From: the human T2T-CHM13v2.0 reference genome, Homo sapiens
DNA length: 64,000 nt
Direction: 5' to 3' (one strand)
Assembly: GCF_009914755.1 (NCBI RefSeq)
Contig: NC_060927.1
The notes below the pieces were generated by a model. It did not search any database and had not been told where the DNA came from. It saw nothing but the letters and a program-made list of their open reading frames with translations. This document shows, one piece after another, positions 27,378 to 52,450 of the stretch. A program made the position numbers and the translations under genes. The stretch's first letter is position 1. Each line of letters begins with the position of its first letter.

Positions 27378-27761
27378 TTGGTGTGCTGTATTTTCTGACT
27401 CCCTCTCCAGGATTGGTACATTCTGATAGCTCTTAGTGGTCAGCTCTCACCAGGAATTTCCCTTGGTGAGAGGAAGCTGCCTTGCTGAAGGTTGAGTGCC
27501 TTACAGGGACAGCCTGTGTCCAAAGACTGGTGCATAAAACAGTATAACGTTGTGGTACCCATCATAACTTGGGACAAATTGAAAGGGCCATTAGAGTTCC
27601 AGAACTGAAGTACTCTTGTAATTATATCACAGCTCCATTTCTTTTTTGCCTAATCTTGCTGCCCTCCCTCCCTAGAAGAGCTGATCCTGTGAACACACCC
27701 TAATAAACTTCCTGCCTCTAACCTTTTCAGAACCTATCTCTCCAGGAACACAACCTAAGAT
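27378..27761 (+). mobile_element. LTR16-family solo LTR
   Basis: GAAGCTGCCTTGCTGAAGG..GAAAGGGCCAT..CCCTAATAAACTTCCTGC..GGAACACAACCTAAGA. Confidence 0.65.
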
Positions 27762-27927
27762 GGATAATTCTCATGTAACTCTCAAATTATTACCCTGTTT
27801 CACAAATGAAGAAACTGAGATATTATGGAGCTGGGTGTGGGTTCAATTGCACACAGGCAACATGGTTACTGTACTGGAAGGGTATCTAATGATGCCCACT
27901 GCGGTTGCGATTTGATACTATCTTTAG

Positions 27928-28298
<371 letters not shown>

Positions 28299-28504
28299 GA
28301 AACTCACTATTTAATAAAAGTAGATTTCATTGTTAGTCAGATCTAACGATTAGGACATTTTTGTTTTTGTCAGAATAAGACAAATTCTGTCTTTCTTTAA
28401 CTCCTGCCCATTGTTGTAGCTCCTGCATTTTTGCATGATGCAATAAAATTCCCCAAATATTTCAAGAAAATCATGGTTCATTTATGCTTGCCTCCAGTCT
28501 AGGA

Positions 28505-28699
28505 CAGTGCTACTCAAAGTGTGGTCCCTGGACCAGTGGTATTAGCATCACCAGCAATCTTGCTAGAAATGCAAATTCTTGGGCCCACCCAAGACCTACT
28601 GTAGCAGAATATCTGGGAGTGTGCTCTAGAGCTGTGTGTTTGCAAGAGTCCCCCAGGTAATTTTTAGGCAAGCCATCAGAAGCATGTTTGAGAGGCATT
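28505..28699 (+). mobile_element. MER5A
   Basis: CAGTGCTACTCAAAGTGTGGTCCCTGGACCAG..GCTAGAAATGCAAATTCTTGGGCCC. Confidence 0.85.
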
Positions 28700-29159
28700 C
28701 TTTGAGGCCATGCAGTGCCCAATAGCCTATGCATGAGTTATTTTGGGTTCTGAAAATATTCAGGAGTTGGTTCTCTTCCCTTTGGGAAGAACCACAGCCA
28801 AGCATTCCAAAACTGCTTGTTTGTAGCCTGCTTACAAACTTGCCTTTCGAATTGATTTCAATCTTCCCAGCTTCCAATCAGTGGAATCATCCACCATATT
28901 TTTACCCTAGAGACTGATCTAAGAAGTGATAGTGGTGGGTAACTACTAATCACTCACTTGTGTATACAGATGGTAGCTGTTTGGATCTATCAAAAATTAT
29001 GGTTCTTCAGTGATCTTTCTGCTGTGTCTCTTTGTTTAATCCTAAAAAATACACAGTGAAGGAGCTCCCAACACCACTTTGATAAACAATTATTTGATAG
29101 TCTGCATTGTTAGACTATGTTAGACTTTAAACTACTTCTTATCAAGTGGGAAATTAAAT

Positions 29160-29345
29160 GTGTTGAGCTCTTACTAGGTGACTGGCTCTGTGCTCAAGTT
29201 TGACAGGTGCTATCACATTCAACTCTCACAATGACCATGAGGAAACTGAAGCTTAAAGAGATTTTGTTATTTTCTAAGGTTACAAAGCTGAAAAAAGGCA
29301 GACCTAGGAGTTGAAGCAGGTCTGTTTTCCTGAGCCCATGCCTTC
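29160..29345 (-). mobile_element. MIR
   Basis: ATGAGGAAACTGAAGCTTAAAGAGATT core. Confidence 0.7.
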
Positions 29346-29379
29346 CAACACAGTGTGATAGTTCTCTAGTTTTAGGTGT

Positions 29380-29913
29380 TGTATTAGTTATCTAATGCAG
29401 AGTAACAAATGACAACACATTTAGCAGATTAAAACAATACATATTTATTATTTTACAGTTTCTGTAGGTCAGTAATTCAGGCAGTTTCATTGCACTCTCT
29501 GATTTAGGGTCTCAGCAGCTTGCAATCCAGGTGTCACCTTGGAAAGCGTTCTCATCTGGAGGCTCAACTGGGGAAAGATCCTCTTCCAACCTCCCTCACA
29601 TTGTTGTCAGTATTCATCTCCTGTAGGTCTGAGATGCTGATTTTCTTGCTGATTATCAGTCTAGGGAATGCCCACCTTTCCTTGCCTTGTAGACTTCTCC
29701 AAGCCCCTCAAAAGGGAGAGTCTCTTCCTCTAGTCTGCTGAAACAGTCCTATATAATGTAATGTATTCATGAGAGTACTATCCCATCCCTTTGTACTATT
29801 CTGTTGGTTGGAAGCAACTCACAGGTCCTGCCCACACTAAGGGGATGGAATTACACAAAAGTGGACACCACAAGGTAGGAAATTACTGGGAGTTACTGTA
29901 GGGCCTACTCATA
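29380..29913 (-). mobile_element. MLT1 (approx. MLT1D-F) solo LTR
   Basis: TGTATTAGTTATCT..GTAACAAATGAC..TTAAAACAA..TTTATTAT..CAGTTTCTGTAGGTCAG. Confidence 0.8.
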
Positions 29914-30429
29914 CTAATGTGCATTAAAAGATCATTCTTATAATAATTGTTTAAGATCCAGATTTCTGGCCCTCAATCCCAGAAATTCTGAGTCATGAAT
30001 TGTATGGTGGGCCCAAGAGCCAGCATTTCTAATAAGTACTCATGGATAATTATGCTCCTAGTAGACAGGAGGAGCCACATGTAGAAAAACAAGGCCATAA
30101 ACTTGTCCCATTGCACCGAAAGCAATTTACCCATTTATTTTGCCTTCTTACAGCAGGGAGTTTCAAAGAAGCTGATTACTATTTATTAAAAATCATCCCA
30201 CTAAATCTTTGCCTTTGTCTTTCTTGGGAAATAAACCTTGCTTTCAAGTTTGACCGTTGGCAATTAATGCCAATCTACTCAGTTACTTGCTCTGTTGATA
30301 TCTCTCCAGGCTCATTTTGCCTGAGACCTGCATCCCATATATCTGCTAGTATTTTCTGCTCTAGGAAAAATGTTTAAATTTGACAATTCTTTCTAGGCTA
30401 GTGTTCTAAAGCTAATGGAGAGATAAATT

Positions 30430-30541
30430 AGAGTAGCCAACCAACCTTCCTTGCCAAGAACTGAGGGATTCTTAGGGATATAGGACTTTCTAGTGATAAA
30501 ACTCAGAAAGCCCAGGTATACTGAGACAATGGGTCACACTT
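30430..30541. mobile_element. MER81
   Basis: AGAGTAGCCAACC..GAACTGAGGGATTC..GGACTTTCTAGTGATAAAAC..GGTCACACT. Confidence 0.65.
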
Positions 30542-30699
30542 CCGTTGTTTGTAGCAAAAAGAAGAATTTAAGGTGAAAGCAAACAAGCTCGAGTTTGTTT
30601 ATGACTTTCAGTGCTTGCTTCAATAGTGTTTCTTCAGCGTTTATGACTTTTAATGCTTGCTTCCGTGGTGACTTTCACCAGCATAATCCTTGGTAACTC

Positions 30700-31174
30700 T
30701 GTTAGGCTGAAAAATAATGGTCCCCAAAATATCTACACCCTAATCCTGGAACTTGTGTTAACCTTATTTGGAAAAAGGGACTTCCCAGATGTGACCAAAT
30801 TAGGGTCAAAAAGTGAGGAGGTTATCCTGGTTTATACAGGTAGACCCTCAAAAATTTCCTTACAACAGAGAGGCAGGCAGAAAAAAATTATGCACACAAA
30901 AGAGGAGGAGACAACATTACTGTGAAGGCAAAGATTAGATTTATGTGTCCACAAATCAAGGAATGTGAGTGGCCACCAAAAGCAGCAAGAGACAAGGAAA
31001 AGATTCTCCCTGAGAGTCTCCAAAAGAAGCATGATCCTGCTGAAAACTTGATTTTAGCCCAGTGATATTGATTTTGGATTTGTGATCTACAGAACTGTGA
31101 GAGAATACACTTCTGTCATTTTAAACCATAAAGTTTCTGCTAGTTTCTCATAGCAGCCATAGGAAATGAATACA
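30700..31174 (+). mobile_element. MLT1C-like solo LTR
   Basis: AATAATGGTCCCCAAAATATC..CCTTATTTGGAAAAAGGG..CAGCCATAGGAAATGAATACA. Confidence 0.85.
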
Positions 31175-31636
31175 GTTACCCTACCAAGTTTCCCTTGCTC
31201 CCTAGATTTCAGTTGGAGACTTTGGTTGCAAGGAACAGAAAAACTCTGGCTAACCTAAGCAAACAAACAACTTGTTAAACAAACAAACAAGCAAAATGGA
31301 AATATATGGGATGATTTTGAAGGAAATACTGAAGATTTAGTCTTGGAAAAGGAATCAGGGAAGAAACAAATGGGCAATCTGTGTGGGAAGTGGCCAACAC
31401 AGTGTATCAACTCAGCTGCTCTCAGTCTCTGGTTCATTTTGCTCAGGAATCAAAATCCAAAATAAGACAGCATATCGGCATGGTCTATCTGTGATAAAGG
31501 GAGGGTGAGACACCTTGATCCACAATTCCTGTGTGACTGTATCCAATGACGAAAAGGATTTCACTGGAGCCAGAATCAGATGTTGTATCTGGAAGAACAG
31601 ACAAGGAAAAAAACCAGCAGATATCTGCTATACTTC

Positions 31637-31829
31637 GTTCTTAAGTGTGGTTCCAACAACCGTCAGCACCAGTACCACCTGGGAACTTGCAAGAAATGTC
31701 TATTCTTGGTCCCCATCTCATACCTATAGAATCAGGAAGTCTAGGGTTGTGTCCAGAAATCTGCGTTTCAACAAGGTGTTTCAAACACCTCCAGGTGATT
31801 CTGAGGTAAGTTGAAGTTTGAGAACCATC
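31637..31829 (+). mobile_element. MER5A
   Basis: TTCTTAAGTGTGGTTC..CACCTGGGAACTTG..AGAAATG..AAGTTTGAGAACCA. Confidence 0.8.
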
Positions 31830-32106
31830 GATTGGATTCATTGATTGCTTGTTTTGATCTAATTACTACGTTTAATAAACCTTTCCTCCTCTCTTTGTTT
31901 TCCTTCTACTATCCTAGTTTCAAAAAAGCCTTTAGTACCTCTTGCCTAGATGATTTCTAATTGGTCTGTCTGCTCTGGCCTTAAATGCCACAAACTGACT
32001 TCCCATGCAAGTTTCAGAGTAAACTATATAAAATACATATATGACCATTTACTCCCCTAATTAAAATTCCTTAGTGATTTCCCTATATTTTCATCAGGAA
32101 TTCATC

Positions 32107-39515
<7,409 letters not shown>

Positions 39516-40329
39516 AGTAGCTTAAAAAATGGTACAGATCAATATGTATCTTACTCTTTTGTGCACATGCATTATGAACAGCATATTCAGCAACTAGACA
39601 ATGGCTTGAATCTTAGAAAACCTCAGCGTTCCTAATTTTCTTATCATTTCGCGTTCCTTTCTTACTTTGTAATGCGATCCAAGTGTCAGATTTAGAATAC
39701 ACAGTTATTATTTACCTTTGCAACATTTTACAAAGTGAGTTGGTATTAACTTTTTTTTATTATTTCATGAAATTTCTAGACATAATGTGGCCAGAATATG
39801 GAAGTTAATTAAATGTTGCCTATGGAATAAAGTTTGAATAGAAGCTTTGTAAAAAAAAAAAAAAAAATAGCAGAGTAGTAGTGAAGAACTGCTCATAGAT
39901 GCTTCTGGGACTCTTTTGAGTATGGATGAACTCCAAGATCTGGCTGAATTTCATTTAAATAGCAGAGAAAACACTCTATTTTCTAGACAGACTTGCCATA
40001 ACTGGCAGAAGCTGTAAGATTTTTAAGTGTCTTTGGCAAAGTTCCCAAAAAGGCAAGTGCTTAAACTTTCCCAGAAATCGTGCATGTGAATAAAATCATA
40101 GCCAAACCTGAAAACATTAGACATAAGCTTTTTACACCAAAGGGATTCAAGTGTGAATTGTCTTCATCCTTCTATCTTTCCTGTAGACAGACACCCTAGT
40201 AATTTTTCTACTAGCAGAGCAAATAATGTTATTTAGCAGTAGAAATTAATACGAGGATTGCTTTGTTATTTATTTATTTATTTATTTATTTACAACCTGT
40301 GCTTTTCAGTTAAGAATCTGCCATTTAAC

Positions 40330-40940
40330 AACAAAGGTTGCTTTACTGAAAATTTAGGGGATCGAAGTAAAGATTAATGAAGCTATAAGGAAATAATCTC
40401 TCATATACAGAATGTGAGACCTTCAACAAAACAACTCATTTGGTTTCTTCAGAAGGTCAATGTCATTTTAAAAACGGGTGGAAGAAACTGGCCTAGAATG
40501 AAGATATAACACTCAAACACAAAGCATGAACCTTGATTCGTGTTTGAAAAACAGCCATAAAAAGCATTTTGGGAAGAATTCAGGAAATTCAGTTTTAATA
40601 GAAACTGGGTGTTAGATGACACAAGGAAATTGAAGATATCCTTATTCTTAGGAGATGCAAGCTGAAGGTTTTCTTGGTGAAGCATGCGCTGCCTGCAATT
40701 TACTTCGAAACAATCCAGCTACGGAGAGGAAAACAGTGAGGAAAAGAGGGCAATGAAGAAAGGAAGGGAAATGACAAAAAAAAAAAATGTTAAAAGTTGT
40801 TAATCTCTGTGATGAGTAAATAGGTGTTCATTGTGTTATTTTTTTTCAACTTTTGTGAATGTTTGAAATCACTTGATCTTAGCCAAAAGGCTGAGAAGCG
40901 ATACTGAATGTTTGAAAATCAATAATAATTTGTGAAAAAA
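40330..40940 (+). mobile_element. L1ME 3' UTR fragment hosting the U2 retrocopy
   Basis: TAGGTGTTCATTGTGTTATT..CAACTTTTGTGAATGTTTGAAA; GAAACAGCCATAAAAAGCATTTTGGGA. Confidence 0.55.
40870..40902 (-). pseudogene. Tailless, 3'-truncated U2 snRNA retropseudogene (U2 nt 1-33)
   Basis: Reverse complement ATCGCTTCTCAGCCTTTTGGCTAAGATCAAGTG, 32/33 match to the U2 5' end; TSD TGAATGTTTGAAA. Confidence 0.93.
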
Positions 40941-41298
40941 AGAGAGCAGAGACTTTGGAGCTGAGTCTGCCTCCTAGCTCTGCCACTTACTAGCTTAAGT
41001 TATTACAGTTCTTTGAACTTTGGTTTTCTCATTTGTAAAGAGAGGATAATAATTTATATTCCATAAGATTGTTACAAAAAGTATATAAAATGACACTGTA
41101 AAGCATAGCTGTGTTTTACACATCTACTTCACTGTTACCTATCATTGTCATTGTAATAATTACAAAGATTATTACCATTACCTATGACTAAGTAATTAAT
41201 ACCTTTTATTATAGGTATTATTACCTATCATCTGTTTTAAAGGTACAATTTTGGTTTTTCAAAGCACTTTCATAAATATTCTCTTTAAAATTCACCCT

Positions 41299-41481
<183 letters not shown>

Positions 41482-42456
41482 TCACACCAATCCTGCATTA
41501 GGAGGAAAAATGTTCATATTTTCTACTTACTATTACCTAAAACTTTCTATGTATTAAACTTATTATACTAAAATTATTGTGAATATTTGTGCACTAGAAT
41601 GAAACAAAAACTATTTACAGCATTACTTTTCAAAAATAACCACCTACTCTTTAAAATATACCTGTGAGAAATGCTTTGAAAATATAGTATGTATTTTATT
41701 TTTTTTTGTTCATTGAACCTGGTTTCATTTTTGAAAATTTTTTTAATTGTCTCAACTTTTATTTTAGGTTCAGGGAATACATGTACAGGTTTGTTACATG
41801 GGTAAATTGTATGTCACCTGGGTTTGATGTATAAATGATTTTGTCACCCAAGTAATGAGCATAATACCCAATAGGTAGTTTTTTGACCCTCACTCTCCTC
41901 CCACCCTCCAGCCCCCATTAAGTAGGCCCTGGTGTCTATTGTTTCCCAATTTGTGTTCATGTGTACTCAGTGTTTAGTTCCCACTTACCAGTGAGAATGT
42001 GGTATTTGGTTTTCTGTTCCTGTGTTAGTTCGCTTAGGATAATGACCTCCAGCTTTATCCATGTTGCTACAAACGACATGATTTTGTTTTTTTTTTTGAA
42101 TGGTTGCATAGTATTCCATGATGTATATGTACCGTATTTCCTTTATCCAATCCAGCACTGATGGGCAGCTAGGTTGATTCCATGTCTTTAGTATTGTGAA
42201 TAGTGCTGCAATAAACATACACATGCATGTGTCTTTCTCTTTATTATTATTATTATACTTTTAAGTTGTAGGGTTCATGTGCACAACATGCAGGTTTGTT
42301 ACATAGGTATACATGTGCCACGTTGGTGTGCTGCACCCATGAACTCGTCATTTACATTTGGTATTTCTCCCAGTGCTATCCCTCCCCCAGTGCCCTACCC
42401 CCTGACGGGCCCCAGTGTGTGACGTTCCCTGCCCTGTGTCCATGTGTTCTCATTGT

Positions 42457-46250
<3,794 letters not shown>

Positions 46251-46313
46251 TATGATGTTAGCTGGTTATTTTGCCCGTTGATTGATGCAGTTTCTTCATA
46301 GCATCGATGGTCT

Positions 46314-47338
46314 TTACAATTTGGCGTGTTTTTGTAGTGGCTGGTACTGGTTGTTCCTTTCCATGTTTAGTGCTTCCTTCAGGAGCTCTTGTAAGGCAGG
46401 CCTGGTAGTGACAAAATCTCTCAGCATTTCCTTGTCTATAAAGGATTTTATTTCTCCTTCACTTATGAAGCTTAGTTTGGCTGAATATGAAATTCTGGGT
46501 TGAAAATTCTCTTCTTTAAGAATGTTGAATATAGGCCCCCACTCTCTTCTGGCTTGTAGGGTTTCTGCCAAGAGATCCGCTGTTAGTCTGATGGGCTTCC
46601 CTTTGTGGATAACCTGACCTTTCTCTCTGGCTGCCCTTAACATTTTTTCCTTCATTTCAACCTTGGTGAATCTGACAATTGTGTGTCTTGGGGTTGCACT
46701 TCTTGAGGTGTATCTTTGTGGTGTTCTCTGTGTTTCTTGAATTGGATGTTGGCCTGCCTTGCTAGATTGGGGAAGCTCTCCTGGATAATATCCTGAAGAG
46801 TGTTTTCCAACTAGGTTCCATTCTCCCCGTCACTTTCAGGTACACCAATCAAACATAGATTTGGTCTTTTCACATAGTCCCATATTTCTTGGAGGCTTTG
46901 TTCGTTTCTTTTTACTCTTTTTTCTCTAATCTTGTCTTCTCTCTTTATTTCATGAATTTGATTTTCAGTCACTGATATCTTTTCTTCCACTTGATTGAAT
47001 TGGCTATTGAAGCTTGTGCATGCGTCACGAAACTCTCATGCCGTGGTTTTCAGCTATGTCAGCTCATTTAAGTTCTTCTCTACACTGTTTATTCTAGTGA
47101 GCTATTCGTCTAACCTTTTTTCAAGGTTTTTAGCTTCCTTGAGATGGGTTACAACATGCTTCTTTAGCTCAGAGAAGTTTGTTATTACCGACCTTCTGAA
47201 GCCTACTTCTGTCAACTTGTCAAACTCATTCTCCATCCAGTCTTCTTCCCTTCCTGTCAAGGAGCTGCAATCCTTTGGAGGAGAAGAGGCACTCTGGTTT
47301 TTGGAATTTTCAGCTTTTCTGCTCTGGTTTCTCCCCAT
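46314..47338 (-). pseudogene. L1 ORF1, disrupted
   Basis: MGRNQSRKAENSK and REKG..ARREW..RPALQELL lie in separate ORFs. Confidence 0.92.
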
Positions 47339-50039
47339 CTTTGTAGTTTTATCTACCTTTGGTCTTTGATGTTGGTGACCTACAGATGGGGTTTGGTGTG
47401 GATGTCCTTTTTGTTGATGTTGATGCTATTGCTTTCTGTTTGTTAGTTCTCCTTCTAACAGTTAGGACCCTCAGCTGCAGGTCTGTTGGAGTTTGCTGGG
47501 GGTCAGCTCCATACCCTGTTTGCCTGGGTATCACCAGCGGAGGCTGCAGAACAGAAAATATTGCTGCCTGATCCTTCCTCTGGAAGCTTCATCCAAGAGG
47601 GACACCCACCTGTATGAGGTGTCTGTCGGCCCCTACTGGGAGGTGTCTCACAGTCAGGCTATATGGGGGTCAGGGACCCATTTGAGGAGTCAGTCTGTCC
47701 ATTCTCAGAGCTTGAACACGATGCTGGGAGAACCACTGCTCTCTTCAGAGCTGTCAGACAGGGATATTTAAGTATGCAGAAGTTTCTGCTGCCTTTTGTT
47801 CAGCTCTGCCCTGCCCACAGAGGTGGAGTCTACAGAGGCAGTAGGCCTTGCTGAGCTGCAGTGGGCTCCACCCAGTTCGAGCTTCTTGGCCACTTTCTTT
47901 ACCTACTCAGGCCTCAGCAATGGCAGATGCCTCTCCCCCCACCAGGCTGCAGCCTCACAGGTCAATCTCAAACTGCTCTGCTAGCAGCGAGCAAGGCTCC
48001 GTAGGCATGGGACCTGCTGAGCCAAGCACAAGAGAGAATCTCCTGGTCTGCCAGTTGCTAAGACTGTGGGCAAAGCACAGTATTCGGGTGGGAGTGTACC
48101 ATTTTTCCTGGTACAGTCTGTCATGGCTTCCCTTGGCTAGGAAAGGGAAATCCCCCGACCCCTTGCACTTCCCAGGTGAGGCGACACCCACCCTGCCTTG
48201 CTTCGGCTCATCCTCTGTTGGCTGCACCCAGTGTCCAACCAGTTCCAGTGAGATGAACCAGGTACCTCAGTTGGAAATGAGGAAATCACCCATCTTCTGT
48301 GTAGATCTTGCTGGGAGCTGCAGACTAGAGCTGTTCCTATTCAGCCATCTTGGAAGTGTGCATATGTGCCTTTTTCATAGAATGATTTATATTCCTTTAT
48401 ATTATAATCCTTGACCCAGTAATGAGATTGCTGGGTCAAACAACAGTTCTAAGTTTTTTGACAAATCTCCAAACTGCTTTCCACAGTGGCTGAACTGATT
48501 TACATTCACACTAGCAGTGTATAAATATTCCCTTTTATCCTCAACCTCACCAACACCTGTTATTTTTTAACTTTTTAGTAATTAGTCATTCTGACTGGTG
48601 TGAGGTGGTATCTCTGTGTGGTTTTGATTTGCTTTTCTCTAATGTTCAGTGATATTGAGCATTTTTCCATATGCTTGTTGGTTTTGTGTATGTCTTCTTT
48701 TGAGAAGTGTCCGTTCATGTCCTATGCCGATTTTATAATGAGGCTGTTTGCTTTTACTTGCTGATTTGTTTGAGTTGCTTATAGATTCTGAATATTAGAC
48801 CTTTGTTGGATGCATAGTTTTTGAGTATTTTCTCCCATTCTGTAGTCTATCTGTTTACTCTATTAATAGTTTGTTTTGCTGTGCAGGAGCTCTTTAATTT
48901 AATTAGGTCTCACTTGTCTATTTTTGTTTTTCTTGCAGTTGCTTTTAGAGACTTCATCATGAAATCTTTGCCAAGGCCTAATATGTCCAGAATAGTATTT
49001 CCTAGGTTTTTCTCCTAGGGTTTAAATAGTTTTAGGTCTTACATTTAAGTATTTAATCCATTTTGAGTTGATTTTTGTATATGGTGAAAGGAAGGGTACA
49101 GTTTCAATCTTCTGCATATGGCTAGACAGTTATGCCAGCAGCATTTATTGAATAGGGAATCCTTTTCCCATTGCTTGTTATTGTCAGCTTTGTCAAAGAT
49201 CAGATGGTTGTAGATGTGTGGCATTATTTCTGCATTCTCTATTCTGTTTCCTTGGTCTATGTGTCTGTTTCTGTACCAGTAACATGCTGTTTTGATTACT
49301 GTAACCCTATAGTTTGAAGTCAGGTAGTGTGATGCCTCTGGCTTTGTTCTTTTTGCTTAGGATTGCCTTGACTATTTTGTTCTCTTTGTTTCTTTCATAT
49401 AAATTTAGAATAGCTTTTTCTAAATCTGTGAAAATTACATTGGTAGTTTAATGGAAATTGTATGGAATCTATAAATTGCTTTGGGCAATATGCCCATTTT
49501 AACAATATTAATTTCTCCTGTCCATGAGCATAGACTGTTTTTCCATTTGTTTGTGTCATCTCTGATTTCTTTCAGTGGTGTTTTATAATTTTCATTGTAG
49601 AGATCTTTCACCTCCCTGGTCAACTGTATTCCTAACTAATTTTTGTGTGTCTGTGGCTATTGTGAATTTGGCTCTCAGCTTGGAGTTATTGGTGTATGGA
49701 AATGTTCCTGAGTTTTGTATATTGATTTTGCATCCTGAAACTTTACTGAAGTTGTTTATCAGTTCTAGAAATTTTGGGACAGAGACTAAGGGGTTTTCTA
49801 GGTATAGAATCACATCATCTGCAAAGAGAGATAGTTTGACTTCCCCTCTTCCTATCTTGATGCCTTTAATTTCTTCCTCTTGACAAATTACTTTGGCTAG
49901 GGCTTCCTAGTATGTATTTTAAACAAAGACATTTGAAGCAATTAAATATTTTAGTGTTAATCTTTGCAACCATTACTTAATTTGAAAGAAACAACATTTC
50001 ACTGTCTTTTCTTTAAAATAGCATGAGTTAGATGGTAAC

Positions 50040-50092
50040 TGTATTAGCCAAAGTTCTCCAGAAAAACAACCAATAGGATGTGTATGTGGTGT

Positions 50093-50124
<32 letters not shown>

Positions 50125-50546
50125 AGAAAGAGATTATAAGAAATTGGCTCACACAGTTATGGATGCTGTAGTTGGCAATCTGGAGACCTAAGAGAGCTGA
50201 TGGTATAGTTGTAGTCCAAGTCCAAGGGCCTGAGAAGCAGAAGAGCCAAATGTGTAAATTACAATCTGAGTCCAAGTTTGAAGGCAGGAGATCAATGTCT
50301 CAGCCTGAAGACAGTTAGGCAGAAAGAGGAGATTCTCCCTACTCTGCCTTTTGTTCTAATCAGGCCTTCAACAGATTGGATGAGGCTCACCCACATTGGG
50401 TTGGGCAATTTACTTTTCTCCGTCCACCAAGTCAAATGTTAATCTCATTCACAAACACCTTTATAAACACACACAGAATAATGTTTAACTAAATATCTGG
50501 GCACCCAATGGCACAATCAAGTTGACACATAAAATTAACCACCATG
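50040..50546 (-). mobile_element. MLT2 (approx. MLT2D, ERVL) solo LTR with internal (TG)n
   Basis: TGTATTAG..GTTCTCCAGAAAAACAACCAATAGG..CAAGTTGACACATAAAATTAACC; TSD-like GTAAC/GTGAC. Confidence 0.85.
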
Positions 50547-51297
50547 GTGACTATCGCTTATCGTGGGATAAATAATTCCATTGTATCCTGTTTACAACAA
50601 GACTTGAACATCAGACATAGTATATACTTGCAAATCAGGGCAACTAATACAACAGAAAGTTTTATTGATTTTTAGCATCTTTCTGGGAGTTACAAAACAT
50701 CACTAGCATTAAAAGCCTGGATGGGGAAAGAAGTAAGAGTATTCTATTCAACACAGTTTTGGAAGTCCTGGCCAGAACAATCAGGCAAGAGAAAGAAATA
50801 GAAGGCATCCAGATAGGAAAAGAATAAGTCAAACTATCCCTGTTTGCAGATGACATGATTCTATACCTAGAAAACCCCATAGTCTCTGCCAAAAAAGCTC
50901 ATTGAACTAATAAGCAACGTCAGCAAAGTTTCAGGATACAAAATAAACAGACAAAAATCAGTAGCATTCTTAACCCCCAATGACATTCAAGCCAAGAGCC
51001 AAATCAGGAATGAGATTCCAGTCACAATTGCCACAAAAAGAATAAAATACCTAGGGATACTGCTAACCAGAAAGTGAGAGATCTCTACAATGAAAATTAC
51101 AGAGCACTGTTGAAAGAATTAAGATACTACAGAAGCAAATGGAAAAACATTCTATGCTCATGGATAAAGAGAATCAATATTGTTAAAATGGCCATACTGC
51201 ACAAAGCAATTTATAGAGTCAATGCTATTCCTATCAAACTACCAATTACATTTTTCAAAAAAAATAGGAAAAGCTGTTAAAAAGTTCATATGGAACT

Positions 51298-51592
<295 letters not shown>

Positions 51593-52134
51593 TCATATAG
51601 AACCAAAAAAGATCCCAAATAGTCAAGATATTCCTAAGCAAGAATAAAGCAGGAAGCATCATGTTACCCAACTTCAAATTATATTACAGGGCTACAATAA
51701 CCAAAACAGAATGATACTGGTACAAACACAGACACATAGACCAATGGAGCAGAATAGAGAGCCCCAAAATAATGCCACACATCTACAACAAAGCTGACAA
51801 TAACAAGCCAGGGTGAAAAGGACTCTCTATTCAATAAATAGTGCGGGCATAAACGTCTAGCAATATGCAGAAGATTGAAACGGGACCCCTTCCTTATACT
51901 ATATACAAAACTCAACTCAAAATGGATTAAAGAATTAAATGGAGAACCTAAAACTATAAAAACCTCGGAAGATAACCTAGGAAATACTATTCTGGACATA
52001 GAAACTGGCAAAGATTTCATGACAAAGAGACCAAAAGCAATTGCAACAAAAGCAAAAATTGACAAATGGGATCTAATTAAACTAAAGAACTTTGACACAG
52101 CACAAGAAACTATCAACATAATAAACAGATAAAC

Positions 52135-52450
52135 AGCCAGGCGCAGTGGCTCATGCCTGTAATCCCAGCAGTTTGGGAGGCTGAGGCAGGCAGATCACTT
52201 GAGGCCAGAAGTTTGAGACCAGCCTGGCTAATATGTTAAAACCCCGTCTCTACTAAAAATACCAAAAATTTAGCTCGGCATGGTGGCACACGCCTGTGGT
52301 CTCAGCTACTCAGGAGGCTGAGGAACGAGAATCACTTGAACCCAGGAGGCAGAGGTTGCAATTAGCCAAGATGGCGCCACTGCACTCCAGCCTGGGTGAC
52401 AGAGAGAGAGTCTGCCTCAAAAAATAAAAAATAAATAAATAAATGAATAA
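52135..52450 (+). mobile_element. AluS
   Basis: Full dimer with (TAAA)n tail. Confidence 0.94.

Noticed and set aside
30042-30377. ORF with VEKQGHKLV similar to bornavirus M
   Set aside because: Isolated match overlapping a MER5-like fragment; used as a control showing that such matches arise by chance.
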